Origin: Candidatus Latescibacterota bacterium
GTDB lineage: Bacteria > Latescibacterota > UBA2968 > UBA8231
Length of the DNA: 64,000 nt
Assembly: GCA_965217095.1 (NCBI GenBank)
Contig: OZ244235.1
Coordinates: forward strand, 3,673,931-3,737,930
Direction of reading: 5' to 3'
The notes under the pieces: generated by a model
The model's database searches: none
What the model was told of the DNA's origin: nothing
What the model saw: the letters and a program-made list of their open reading frames with translations, nothing else
Position numbers and translations under genes: made by a program
Shown: one piece after another, positions 28,780-37,662 of the stretch
How positions within the stretch are numbered: position 1 is the stretch's first letter
Layout of the letters: every line of letters starts with the position of its first letter

Positions 28780-28990
28780 TTCTACAGTGCTCCGGGTCGC
28801 CGCTGCTTCAGGCTGATTCCGACTCTGACTGGCCTCCCGGCCCTGAGGCAATTATCGTGCGGATGGACGACGTGGCCGGATGCGACTTGCGAACGTGTCC
28901 GATGTGAGCAAGTTTATTTCGCTGCAGCGGTGACGGTCGCCTGGGTGCAAGGTCGACTGCGGGTAACAAGTGAAAAAGGACGTGCTTAAG

Positions 28991-30010
28991 ATGCTGGTAA
29001 CAACAGTCGTAGGTAGCTATCCCCAACCCGACTGGCTGATCGATCGCGAGCGCTTGCAGAAGCGGCCGCCGCCGCGTGCGGTGGCCAAGGAACTCTGGCG
29101 CATTCCTGCAGAGTATCTGGAGGAAGCCCAGGACGACGCCACGCGGCTGGCCATTCACGACATGGAAGACGCCGGCATCGACATCATCACCGACGGCGAG
29201 GTGCGACGGGAGAGCTACTCCAACCGGTTTGCTAACGGTCTTTCCGGCATCGACGTGGACAACCCCGGAGTCTTCATCGAACGCAACGGCAGGGAAAACT
29301 CTGCCCCGCGTATTGTTGGACCAATCCGCCACAAAGGGGACGTGGAGGTGAGCGATGTGCAGTTCCTGCGCGCCACCGCGAACCGGAAGATCAAGATCAC
29401 CATACCGGGCCCCTTCACCATGACTCAGCAGACTCAGGACGACCACTACGGCGACGAGAAGGCAATGGCGCTGGATTTCGCCGCCGCGGTCAACGTGGAG
29501 ATCAAACATCTCTTCGCCGCTGGCGCCGACGTCGTTCAGCTGGACGAACCGTACCTGCAGGCGCGTTCGGAAAAAGCGAAGTAGTACGGCGTGGAGATGA
29601 TCAATAAGGCTCTCGAGGGTGTCGACGGAACCACGGCGCTGCACATGTGCTTCGGATACGGCTTTTTCATCAAAGATAAACCCGCCGGTTACTCGTTCCT
29701 GGAAGAGTTGAACGACACTTCCGTGGATCAGCTTTCCATCGAAGCGGCGCAACCGGGGCTCGACATCTCCATCCTCAAAGCGATTCCGGAGAAAACTGTC
29801 ATTCTCGGAGTCATCGACAACTCCGGCCTCGAAGTGGAATCAGCCGCGCTCGTTGCGGACCGGATCCGCGCGGCTCTCGAGCATGTTCCAGCCGAGCGGC
29901 TGATGCCGGCGCCCGACTGTGGCATGAAGTATCTGCCTAGAGAGACAGCGATGGCGAAACTCAGAGCGCTGGTCGCCGGCACGGAAATCGTGCGCGCGGA
30001 AATGGGTTGA
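28991..30010 (+). pseudogene. cobalamin-independent methionine-synthase-like (MetE C-terminal domain, Meth_synt_2) gene interrupted by an in-frame TAG
   Basis: MLVTTVVGSYPQPDWL...IITDGEVRRESY...VVQLDEPYLQARSEKAK-TAG-YGVEMINKALEGVDGTTALHMCFGYG...PDCGMKYL. Both halves are in the same frame, with the stop at 29582-29584. Confidence 0.8.
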
Positions 30011-30020
30011 AGCGTTTCTC

Positions 30021-31131
30021 ATGACCTATCGCGCCGCTGTTATCGGCCTGGGCCGGATGGGCAGCACCTTTGACGACGAAGCCACCCATGGTGGGGCTCT
30101 CTTTTATCCGTACTGCCATGCGCCTACTTACGTAGCTGCGCCCAACGTGGATCTGGTGGCGGGTGCCGACCTGCATGACGAGCAACGGTCCATATTTGGC
30201 GAACGCTGGGGTTTGGCGCCAAAACACATCTATGCTGACTACCGGGAGATGCTGGACAAGGAAAACCTGGATCTCGTCAGCGTCTGCGTCACTGCCCGCC
30301 ACCGATCGGAGATAGTGCAGCAGATTGCCCAATCCGGCGTGAAAGCGATCTGGGCGGAAAAACCGATCGCCTTCAGTCTGGGGGAGGCCGACGACATGAT
30401 CGACACCTGCAAAAAGAACGGCGTGACGCTGGCTATCAACTGCGCCAGGCGGTACAACCCATTCTTCGCCGAGGCCCGCCGTATGGCCGTTGAAGGCGAA
30501 CTCGGAAAATTGTTGCAGGTAACCGCGTATGCTCGTTGCGGATTGTCCCATAACGGCAGCCATGCCATCGACACTATCCGTTATCTGGCTGGTGGCGAGG
30601 TGCAGTGGGTCTTTGGCGAAATGGCATCCGATGAGGCAGCCGTGGGGGACGATGACCTCTCGGGCAATGGCTACCTTGCCTTTGACAACGGTGTGCGGGC
30701 TTACCTGCGGTCCACTGACACCGGCTGCGTAGACTGGGAATTCGACCTTATCGGCACCGAAGCCCGGGTTCGTTCGTTAAGCGCCGCACAGGAATTCGAG
30801 ATACTCCGCAGAGTCCAGGGCGGTTCCAAGGGTCGGGGCCATGCCGGTACGATCGCCGTTTCCCTGGCCCATGCACTTGCAGGGCATGGGTTTGACTATC
30901 GTGGAAGACCTCATCGACGCCGCCGAAAACAACCGCCCACCCCTCTGCTCGGGCGAAGACGGCCGCGCCGCCCTAGAAGTGGCTATTGCCCTGCGCGAAT
31001 CCCATCGCAAAGGCAACGTCCGGGTGGATCTGCCGATGGCGGATCGCACACTCAAGATTCTCTCCCAAGAAACGCCCGAAGACCACACTCCAGTCCGCAT
31101 CCGTCAACTCCAGGCTGCTGAACGGGAGTAA
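30021..31131 (+). pseudogene. Gfo/Idh/MocA-family oxidoreductase with a +1 frameshift near 30835
   Basis: N-terminus MTYRAAVIGLGRMGSTF...VCVTARHRSEIVQQIAQSGVKAIWAEKP is in frame 0. After ~30835 frame 0 becomes Arg-rich junk, while frame 1 reads FPWPMHLQGMGLTIVEDLIDAAENNRPPLCSGEDGRAALEVAIALRESHRKG. The shift coincides with a GGGG run (30835-30838). Confidence 0.8.
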
Positions 31132-31151
31132 GGGGGATCCCCTCAACGGGG

Positions 31152-31217
31152 GAATCGGTTCGAATCCGCTTTTCGGTCTGGCAAGGTGAGCTGTACGCCT
31201 ACTGGTTTCCCGGCTAG
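31152..31217 (+). pseudogene. C-terminal relic (~20 codons) of a subfamily-I member of the expanded propeller family
   Basis: Translates ESVRIRFSVWQGELYAYWFPG*, compared with RTVRLRFSLWQAELYGYWFG* at the end of 27325-28779. There is no upstream coding sequence: a stop at 31119-31121 lies in the same frame. Confidence 0.6.
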
Positions 31218-31268
31218 GGTCTGCCGCTGATCAGAAAACAAGACAGGGCTGTAGAGTCATAGCGGTCC

Positions 31269-32654
31269 TCAGTCTTCGGCGAATCCAAAGAGCCACCGCT
31301 GCACTGAATCGGAGGCCAGCACCAGCGACCATCCGGTCTCGATCGCCCCCCACACACCTTCCTCCTCGATGTACAGACCGTAACGCTGGGCGCCCTCGTC
31401 ATCCATCACGATCTCGTTTCCCTGAGCGAAGCGGAAAAGGGTGCCCCGTAGATCCCTCGCTTCGTCACACGCGCCCTTGTCCCGGTACACCGTCAGCTTT
31501 CCGAGCTCGAACTCCCATGCGAACGAACAGCTCCCGCAGGGCTCCACCGGCACGGCTCCAGTGATCTCGTAGGATAGCTCGCACGTGGCCCCCGTGCCGA
31601 CGTCTCGCTCGAAGCGGATACGGCCGTCGCCGGTTTCCGTATCGATGGTGCCCGACCAGGAGCTGCGGTCGCCGCAACCCCAGCATTCGCACCCGGTGCA
31701 GGGGGGAGCCCCTTCCGGCCGGACGAAGAATCCTACCGAATCTACCGAAGCGGAGGCGAAGAGACCGATCCCGTTCTCGATGTTGAACAGGGGCCGCTGG
31801 AATCCCTGACCCGCTTCTCCCGCGCCCCGGTCTGCGTCGACGTTATCGGTGCGGACCAGGTCGAACCAATTCTGGTCGACGGCGAAGAGTTTGACCTTGT
31901 GTCGACCGGCGTAGAAGATGCCCTGCCATGGCAGGTAAAGGGCCGCTTCGTCCAATCTCAGGAGTGGTGAGGTCTCCAGGCGCTCGAGGTCTTCCACATC
32001 CTCGTCGCTGATCAGGTCACTGTCGAACAACAGCGGACTGGTGTTCTCCAGGTTCTGCACCCCGAACTGGTAGGAGGCGGCATCGCCGGCGAGCTGCAGC
32101 CGGACTTGCAGGGCGCCGACCGTATACTCAAGCTGGTTCTCGGGGGCATGGTAGACATCGTCGCCGATGTCGTCGAACAATCTCAGGCGCCGTAGTTCCT
32201 TCTCCAGGTCATCGTCCAGCAATACAAACTCGGAGATGCGCATGCGTGGTGGGGTCTGGGTTGTCGCACGGATCTCGGGGTGTCCTGTCGAGATGACAGA
32301 CAACTCGTAGGTGGAGGCGGGGGCCACAGGCGGCGCCCCATCTGGAGGCAGATAGCGTCCCGGTGTCGACTGGTTGGGTAGATAGTCGAAAACTGCGTCC
32401 GCGGTCTGAATCGAGACCTCGGCTCCGCTCAACGCCGTCGCGGCCGCCAAGTAGGCCAAGCCAGGCGCCACCGTGATCCGCAGATCCACGTGGGGCAAGG
32501 GGGCGTCGACGATGAGGATGGCGTCGACGACCACAGTGTTGTCCTCGCTGGGGCCGAACAGGTCTTCTGCATCCCTGTCCGCCTTGAGGGGTCCGGGCGC
32601 GTCGCAAGCCAGCAGGGTTACGAGGGAGAAGAACAGTAAGAGTAATGCCCCCAT
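31269..32654 (-). CDS. DUF4249-like lipoprotein with a Cys-rich C-terminal extension
   Basis: Lipobox LVTLLAC, VVVDAILIVDAPLPHVDLRITV and NIENGIGLFASAS blocks as in DUF4249 partners of TonB-dependent receptors. An extra ~147 aa carries CTGCECWGCG...C...CGSC...C. Confidence 0.7.
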   Translation of the reverse strand: MGALLLLFFSLVTLLACDAPGPLKADRDAEDLFGPSEDNTVVVDAILIVDAPLPHVDLRITVAPGLAYLAAATALSGAEVSIQTADAVFDYLPNQSTPGRYLPPDGAPPVAPASTYELSVISTGHPEIRATTQTPPRMRISEFVLLDDDLEKELRRLRLFDDIGDDVYHAPENQLEYTVGALQVRLQLAGDAASYQFGVQNLENTSPLLFDSDLISDEDVEDLERLETSPLLRLDEAALYLPWQGIFYAGRHKVKLFAVDQNWFDLVRTDNVDADRGAGEAGQGFQRPLFNIENGIGLFASASVDSVGFFVRPEGAPPCTGCECWGCGDRSSWSGTIDTETGDGRIRFERDVGTGATCELSYEITGAVPVEPCGSCSFAWEFELGKLTVYRDKGACDEARDLRGTLFRFAQGNEIVMDDEGAQRYGLYIEEEGVWGAIETGWSLVLASDSVQRWLFGFAED

Positions 32655-32657
32655 CGC

Positions 32658-35252
32658 TCAGAACCTGAAGTCGATGCCGAAGGTGGGAAGGACCGGGAAC
32701 ATCCGGACCACGTTTGGTTTCTTGCTGGAATCCTCGGTGTCGTATTCGACAAACCATTCGTTGCGTCGGTTGTAGATGTTAAAGACCTGCACGTAGAACT
32801 CGGCGTTTACCCCGTCGCCAAACATCGTGAGCGTACGCCGCGCACCAACGTCCAGGCGGTGATAGGGCAGCAAGCGGGCCGTGTTACGCCGCGCCGCGAG
32901 CAGCCGGTCTACGGGCTGGTCGGAAGCCGGATTGCGCAGCGTATAGCGGGCACCGGCGGGGGTGAAGGCCTGGCCGGTGCCGTAGACAAGATTGGCGGTC
33001 AGAATCCACCCACCGCAGGTGGGACAGAGGGGGGCGAAACGATAGGTGGCAGTCAGCGAAAGATCGTGGCGGCGATCGTATTTCGGTGGAAAGGACTGGC
33101 CTGAATCGATCTCCGGGAACGTCCGCCGTGTCCTGCCGAGGGTGTAGCCCAACCAGCCGGTGAGGCGGCCGTTGCGTTTCTCAGCGAACAGCTCCAGGCC
33201 GGCGGCGTACCCCTCGCCTCCGGTCTTGAACACGTCTTCGGAGGTCTCCTGCTCCCTGTTCTCCTCCCGCTCTTCGTCGATGGCGACCAGATTCGCCAGG
33301 TCGGTGTAGTAGGTCTCGGCACTGAGCCGGTAAGTGTTGGAAGGCTCCCATTCGATACCCGCCACTGTCTGCCAGGAACGACCAGGTTCCACCGTCTCGT
33401 CGAGCGGGACCCAGCTATCGGCGGCGCTGAAACCCTCTGTCGACACCAGCTGCAGGTATTGCCGGTAGCTCCCGCCGGCGAGCTTGAGGCGCAGGCCCTC
33501 CTGCAGCAGGTGACTGATAGATATACGCGGATTCAGCGACAGGTGATCGCCCTCCTCGTAGTAGGTCCCGCGCAAACCGAGGCGGGCTTCCGTCAGCTGC
33601 GTGACTTGCCAATCATCCTGGAGATAGGCCGAGAGGAGGAACGGTTCGATGGACAGGTTGTCTCTGTACTGGTCGAACCGGAAGCCGTAGTCGAAGCGGA
33701 AGAAGGTGAGGTCGAGCCCCGTTCGCAGCGTATGATTGGTCGTGGCGTAGTAGTCCAGATCCCCCTTCAAGGTTATATCGCGCACGCGGTTGCGTATCGC
33801 GATCGGCGTATCGAAGATGTCCAGGGTGATGTCGCTCTGGTATTTCGAAAACATCGCGATGGCCCGTCCGAAGACGGCCGGAGAGAAGACGTGGGTCCAG
33901 CGGCCCGTCAGGGCCCGGTTGCCCCAGCGCGTATTGAAGGCGAGACTATCGGCCCCTTCGCTCACACTGACGTCGAGATCGTCGTCGCCCCCGTAAACAC
34001 TGATCATCAGGTTGTCGTCGGGAGTGACCTGGGTATTCACCTTGCCGTTGACATCGTAGAAGTAATAACCGAGACCATCCAGGTTATCCGAAGCTCCTCT
34101 AATTGCCCGAAGAACCGGATCGATGTAGGTGCGGCGGCCCGCCACCATCCAGGATCCCCTGCCCAGTGGACCCTCGACCATGAGGCGACTGGAGATCAGG
34201 CTGACGCCGCCACTGGTGTTGAAGTCGCGGCGATTTCCATCGCGATTCTGCACGTCGAGGACAGCGCCCAGGTTGCCGCCGTACTGAGCGGGATAGGCGC
34301 CCTTGTAAAAGGTGACGTCTTTGATGGCGTCCGGATTGAAGGTGGAAAAGAATCCGAAGGCGTGGGACGGATTGTAGAGGCGCACCTGGTCGAGCCGAAT
34401 GCCGGTCTGGTCGGGTCCACCCCCGCGCACGTAGAGCCCGCTGCTGAAATCCGACGCGGTCTGCACCCCGGGCAGTAACTGCAGACTGCGCAGCAGGTCG
34501 GGCTCCGCCATGGCCGGCATACGCTGCAGGGTCTGCATTTTGAGGGCGACGACACTCGGTTGCTGGCTCAGTTCGTTCTTAACAGGGTTCGCCTCCGCCT
34601 CAACAATAACCTCGCCCAGGATCAAGGTCTCCCGATCCAACTCGATGTCCAGGCGCAGGTCCTCGCCCACCGCCAACTCCAAGGTGTCACGGTAGGTGGT
34701 GTAGCCGATGTAGGACACGGCGACCACAGAAATCCCTGCCGGAATTCCTTTGATAGCGTAGTAGCCCTCGGTGTTGCTGAGCGCACCCATGTTCCGTCGC
34801 TCAAACCTCACGGCGACGGTGGCGTTTGGCAGGCTCTCGCCGTCGCTCCGATCGCGCACGAAACCGCTGACCGTGCTGACGCGACGCTGTGTGCCTGATC
34901 GCTTCGACGGAACAATGGCCAACTGTCCATCTTCGGTAATGTGCAGCTCCGTTCCCGTTCTACTCATCACATAGAGCAAGGCCTCCAACGCCCGTACGTC
35001 TTTCATTCTAACGGTGATCTTTTCGTCGACCGGAATGCGGCTGCGGTTATAGCTCAACGCGAAGTCACCCTTGTCGGCGATGTCTACAAGGGCCTGCTCC
35101 AGGGGCACATCGGTGAGATCGATGGAGATGACAGTGAGTACGGCCTGCGGCAGGTTGCGTCCACCGAGCTCGATGAGGGAAACGGAGTGTGCAGTTGAGG
35201 TATCGATCAAAGCGGCCATGGTGGCCGCCAGGACAAGCCAAGGTCTTGTCAT
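32658..35252 (-). CDS. TonB-dependent receptor with N-terminal STN signalling domain and carboxypeptidase-regulatory-like domain
   Basis: STN-like LEQALVDIADKGDFALSYN. VSGFVRDRSDGESLPNATVAV...TEGYYAIKGIPAG. Plug block LLRSLQLLPGVQ...GLYVRGGGPDQTGIRLD. C-terminal ...PTFGIDFRF. Confidence 0.92.
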   Translation of the reverse strand: MTRPWLVLAATMAALIDTSTAHSVSLIELGGRNLPQAVLTVISIDLTDVPLEQALVDIADKGDFALSYNRSRIPVDEKITVRMKDVRALEALLYVMSRTGTELHITEDGQLAIVPSKRSGTQRRVSTVSGFVRDRSDGESLPNATVAVRFERRNMGALSNTEGYYAIKGIPAGISVVAVSYIGYTTYRDTLELAVGEDLRLDIELDRETLILGEVIVEAEANPVKNELSQQPSVVALKMQTLQRMPAMAEPDLLRSLQLLPGVQTASDFSSGLYVRGGGPDQTGIRLDQVRLYNPSHAFGFFSTFNPDAIKDVTFYKGAYPAQYGGNLGAVLDVQNRDGNRRDFNTSGGVSLISSRLMVEGPLGRGSWMVAGRRTYIDPVLRAIRGASDNLDGLGYYFYDVNGKVNTQVTPDDNLMISVYGGDDDLDVSVSEGADSLAFNTRWGNRALTGRWTHVFSPAVFGRAIAMFSKYQSDITLDIFDTPIAIRNRVRDITLKGDLDYYATTNHTLRTGLDLTFFRFDYGFRFDQYRDNLSIEPFLLSAYLQDDWQVTQLTEARLGLRGTYYEEGDHLSLNPRISISHLLQEGLRLKLAGGSYRQYLQLVSTEGFSAADSWVPLDETVEPGRSWQTVAGIEWEPSNTYRLSAETYYTDLANLVAIDEEREENREQETSEDVFKTGGEGYAAGLELFAEKRNGRLTGWLGYTLGRTRRTFPEIDSGQSFPPKYDRRHDLSLTATYRFAPLCPTCGGWILTANLVYGTGQAFTPAGARYTLRNPASDQPVDRLLAARRNTARLLPYHRLDVGARRTLTMFGDGVNAEFYVQVFNIYNRRNEWFVEYDTEDSSKKPNVVRMFPVLPTFGIDFRF

Positions 35253-35316
35253 CTTAAGGGAGCCAGATTCATTGCTCCCGCATCGAGATCATCGTCGTTT
35301 GTTCAGTCTTTCGACT

Positions 35317-36339
35317 TCAACCACACACATCGTCGGTGCGTTGATATTTCAGATCCGTAAGGGCGGAGATCAACTCCAGAACCCCCTCGACGGACTCAGT
35401 GTCGATATGCAGCGTAAGTTGCTCTGACGCAATAGCGGTATCTTCCAAGACAAATCGTACGTCGTACCAGCGTTCCAGCTGATACAGGATCTCGTTCAAG
35501 GGGACACTGTCGAAGAACGCTTCGCCATTCGTCCATCCAAGATGTTTCTCTATTTCCGTATAACGTGGTTCGGAGGGCAGGCCATCTTCTGGGAGCACAC
35601 TCATCTCTCCCTTCTCGATCTCCACCTGCTGGTTAACGTTCCCATCCGCAGCGAACGAGACCTTCCCTTCCGCAACTGCGACCGTGACCCTGCGCTCGGT
35701 CTGCCACGCTCTCACATTGAACTGGGTTCCCAGAACGCGGATTCTCGCATTATCGGCGCACACGACAAACGGTTGGTCTTCACGGGAGGTCACCTCAAAA
35801 TAACCTTCGCCGGATAACCGCACTTCACGCTCCTCTCCGTCGAACGCGGCCGGATACCCAAGTACGCTCCCGGCATCCAATCGAATCCGGGTGCCGTCGC
35901 TCAGAGTGAGCTCACGACGAGCACCACTTTCCACCGCCAGCTCCACCCATTCGATCTGTTTGTCGAACGGAAAAATCCCCGCTTCCTGGGCCCCGTAGTA
36001 CGCCACCGAGGTGGCGATGAGAAAGACAGCGGCTGCCGCATAGCGACGGACAGGATGGGGTTGAAACCAATCGACGAAGCGGCCGGCTAGGCTGTCATGG
36101 CTGCGGGCTTGTCGAGGCCGCCGAGTTACTCCCGTCTTCTCGGCAATATCGCGCCACATTCCGTTCAGATCAGCAGCGGCCGACTGCGGTTCCCGCGTAT
36201 TCCAAATGGTGTTCATGGTCGCAATGAGCCGTTGTTTCGCGGGGTCGGCAGCGATCAGCTCTTCCACTGCGGCCTTCTCTTCGGTCGAGCATTCACCCGA
36301 TAGATAACGTGCGAATAACACGTCGGAAGTTTCGCTCAT
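35317..36339 (-). CDS. FecR-family anti-sigma factor / transmembrane sensor
   Basis: GGAGGAG RBS. ARYLSGECSTEEKAAVEELIAADP, one TM segment (YAAAAVFLIATSVAYYG), FecR core LSDGTRIRLDAGSVL...GEGYFEV and a C-terminal DUF4974-like domain. Confidence 0.9.
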   Translation of the reverse strand: MSETSDVLFARYLSGECSTEEKAAVEELIAADPAKQRLIATMNTIWNTREPQSAAADLNGMWRDIAEKTGVTRRPRQARSHDSLAGRFVDWFQPHPVRRYAAAAVFLIATSVAYYGAQEAGIFPFDKQIEWVELAVESGARRELTLSDGTRIRLDAGSVLGYPAAFDGEEREVRLSGEGYFEVTSREDQPFVVCADNARIRVLGTQFNVRAWQTERRVTVAVAEGKVSFAADGNVNQQVEIEKGEMSVLPEDGLPSEPRYTEIEKHLGWTNGEAFFDSVPLNEILYQLERWYDVRFVLEDTAIASEQLTLHIDTESVEGVLELISALTDLKYQRTDDVCG

Positions 36340-36372
36340 ATCTCCTCCACTGTTCCTGAGTCTGCCAACCTT

Positions 36373-37050
36373 TCAGAACCTAACCGAAAGTCCTGCGCCC
36401 AGACCTCCGTTCTCTGGATTGAGAGTGGGACTCATGCTCATTCTGTAGCCAGCCGACTTGCCGTATTTGAACCTCACCGCGTCCCGCTTCCGCTCAATCG
36501 TTTTGATGCCGTCGATCCAGTCGTGAAGTATCTGGCCCACCAACAGACCCGCGCCAAGCACCACGAATGCTCCGCCCCCGCCTCCATCGGTTTTCCGCTC
36601 GAGTTTTCTCAGCTTGTAGGTGAAAACGCCACCTTCGTCCTCGATTGGGATCTTCTCGTAACGCCTGACCCTACCCCGCACTCCCGTCACGTCGACGATC
36701 TCGAAGTTCGTTTTCTCCCATGCGTTATCCCTCTTGTCCATCCTGGACGCTCCAAGGACTATGGACACTCCACCCAATACGGCGGCACCCACATGCATCC
36801 AGCCTTCTTTTTTTTCTCCCGCATAAAAATGCAGTGTTCCAGGGAGCGGCACGGACATCAGAATCAGGCCGACACCCAGCCGGCGATTGGCGTCTCTGTA
36901 CTCCTCCAAGGTCATTTCCGCCGGAACCGGCCATATGGGGACTTCATTCAGGATCTCGTTGCCGCCATGGCTCTGTGCGGCTGAATTTTCGACCACGAAG
37001 ATCGATGTTGCGAAGAGCAGGACTGCCAATACTCCGATGATTTTGTTCAC
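36373..37050 (-). CDS. hypothetical secreted/membrane protein
   Basis: GGAGG lies 5 nt before the GTG at 37050. Signal-like VNKIIGVLAVLLFATSIFVV, hydrophobic segments, a Gly5 tract, and a tail ending ...GLSVRF. Confidence 0.65.
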   Translation of the reverse strand: MNKIIGVLAVLLFATSIFVVENSAAQSHGGNEILNEVPIWPVPAEMTLEEYRDANRRLGVGLILMSVPLPGTLHFYAGEKKEGWMHVGAAVLGGVSIVLGASRMDKRDNAWEKTNFEIVDVTGVRGRVRRYEKIPIEDEGGVFTYKLRKLERKTDGGGGGAFVVLGAGLLVGQILHDWIDGIKTIERKRDAVRFKYGKSAGYRMSMSPTLNPENGGLGAGLSVRF

Positions 37051-37205
37051 GATAGCCTCCAGGATGAGGTGAAACGACGATCTTGGACAGGAATACGCCG
37101 ATCGCACACCGGTAATACCCTTGAGTCAGAAGTTACCCTGACATCGATCACGAAAAAACCTCCATCGGCGGAATTGCGTGCAGCGACTTGGAACAGGGAG
37201 GGACC

Positions 37206-37559
37206 TCAGAGCAGATGGGCCAGTCGTTCTCGCAGGAATTTCAGGGCACGCCCCATCTGAGTTTCCACGGTTTTGATGGAAACGCCTTGAATCTCGGCGA
37301 TCTCGGCGTAGGTCAGATGATCGAATCGGTTCATGGAAAAACAGATCCTCGTCTTTTCGGGTAGGGCTTCGACAGCTTGCTGAATCGCAGTGGAAAGCTC
37401 CTGTCCTTGCAACTCATCCTCTGGCGTATTTGGTCGGGGAAACTTCAGCGTCACCGTTTCCGCGCCGAGCCGCTCCACGTCGGCGTGCCTCAGGTGCTTC
37501 AGCGCCTGGTTCTTGGCGGCGGTGTACAAGTAGCTTTTCACGCTCTGGGTGGGATCTAG
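37206..37559 (-). pseudogene. ECF (sigma-70 family) sigma factor lacking its N-terminal region 2, truncated at the IS boundary
   Basis: Retains ...KSYLYTAAKNQALKHLRH (end of region 2) and region 4 LPEKTRICFSMNRFDHLTYAEIAEIQGVSIKTVETQMGRALKFLRERL. The reading frame runs directly into IRL at 37560, and ~60-70 N-terminal residues are absent. Confidence 0.85.
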
Positions 37560-37573
37560 CCTGAATTATTCAT
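37560..37573. repeat. IS left terminal inverted repeat
   Basis: CCTGAATTATTCAT. Confidence 0.85.
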
Positions 37574-37662
37574 AAAAATGCGGTGATTCTCTGTACAACT
37601 GGTTGTTTTTCCCTATGTTAGGGTTAGCCACAAACAACAACCAATCAAGAGGACCACCGCAG

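Noticed and set aside
29582-29584. In-frame TAG as a pyrrolysine codon, tempting because of the nearby methylamine-related sarcosine oxidase operon.
   Set aside because: The interrupted gene is MetE-like, not an MtmB/MtbB/MttB-type methyltransferase. No pyl genes are in the window, and the two following loci are also inactivated. A nonsense mutation is the simpler reading. It is kept as a finding only for verification.
31157-31167. GGTTCGAATCC, the classic tRNA T-arm/T-loop string, suggesting a tRNA gene.
   Set aside because: The flanking bases do not form a T-stem (one mismatch). No complementary acceptor 5' strand, D-arm or anticodon arm can be found upstream. The string is explained by the codons of the relic peptide ESVRIRF.
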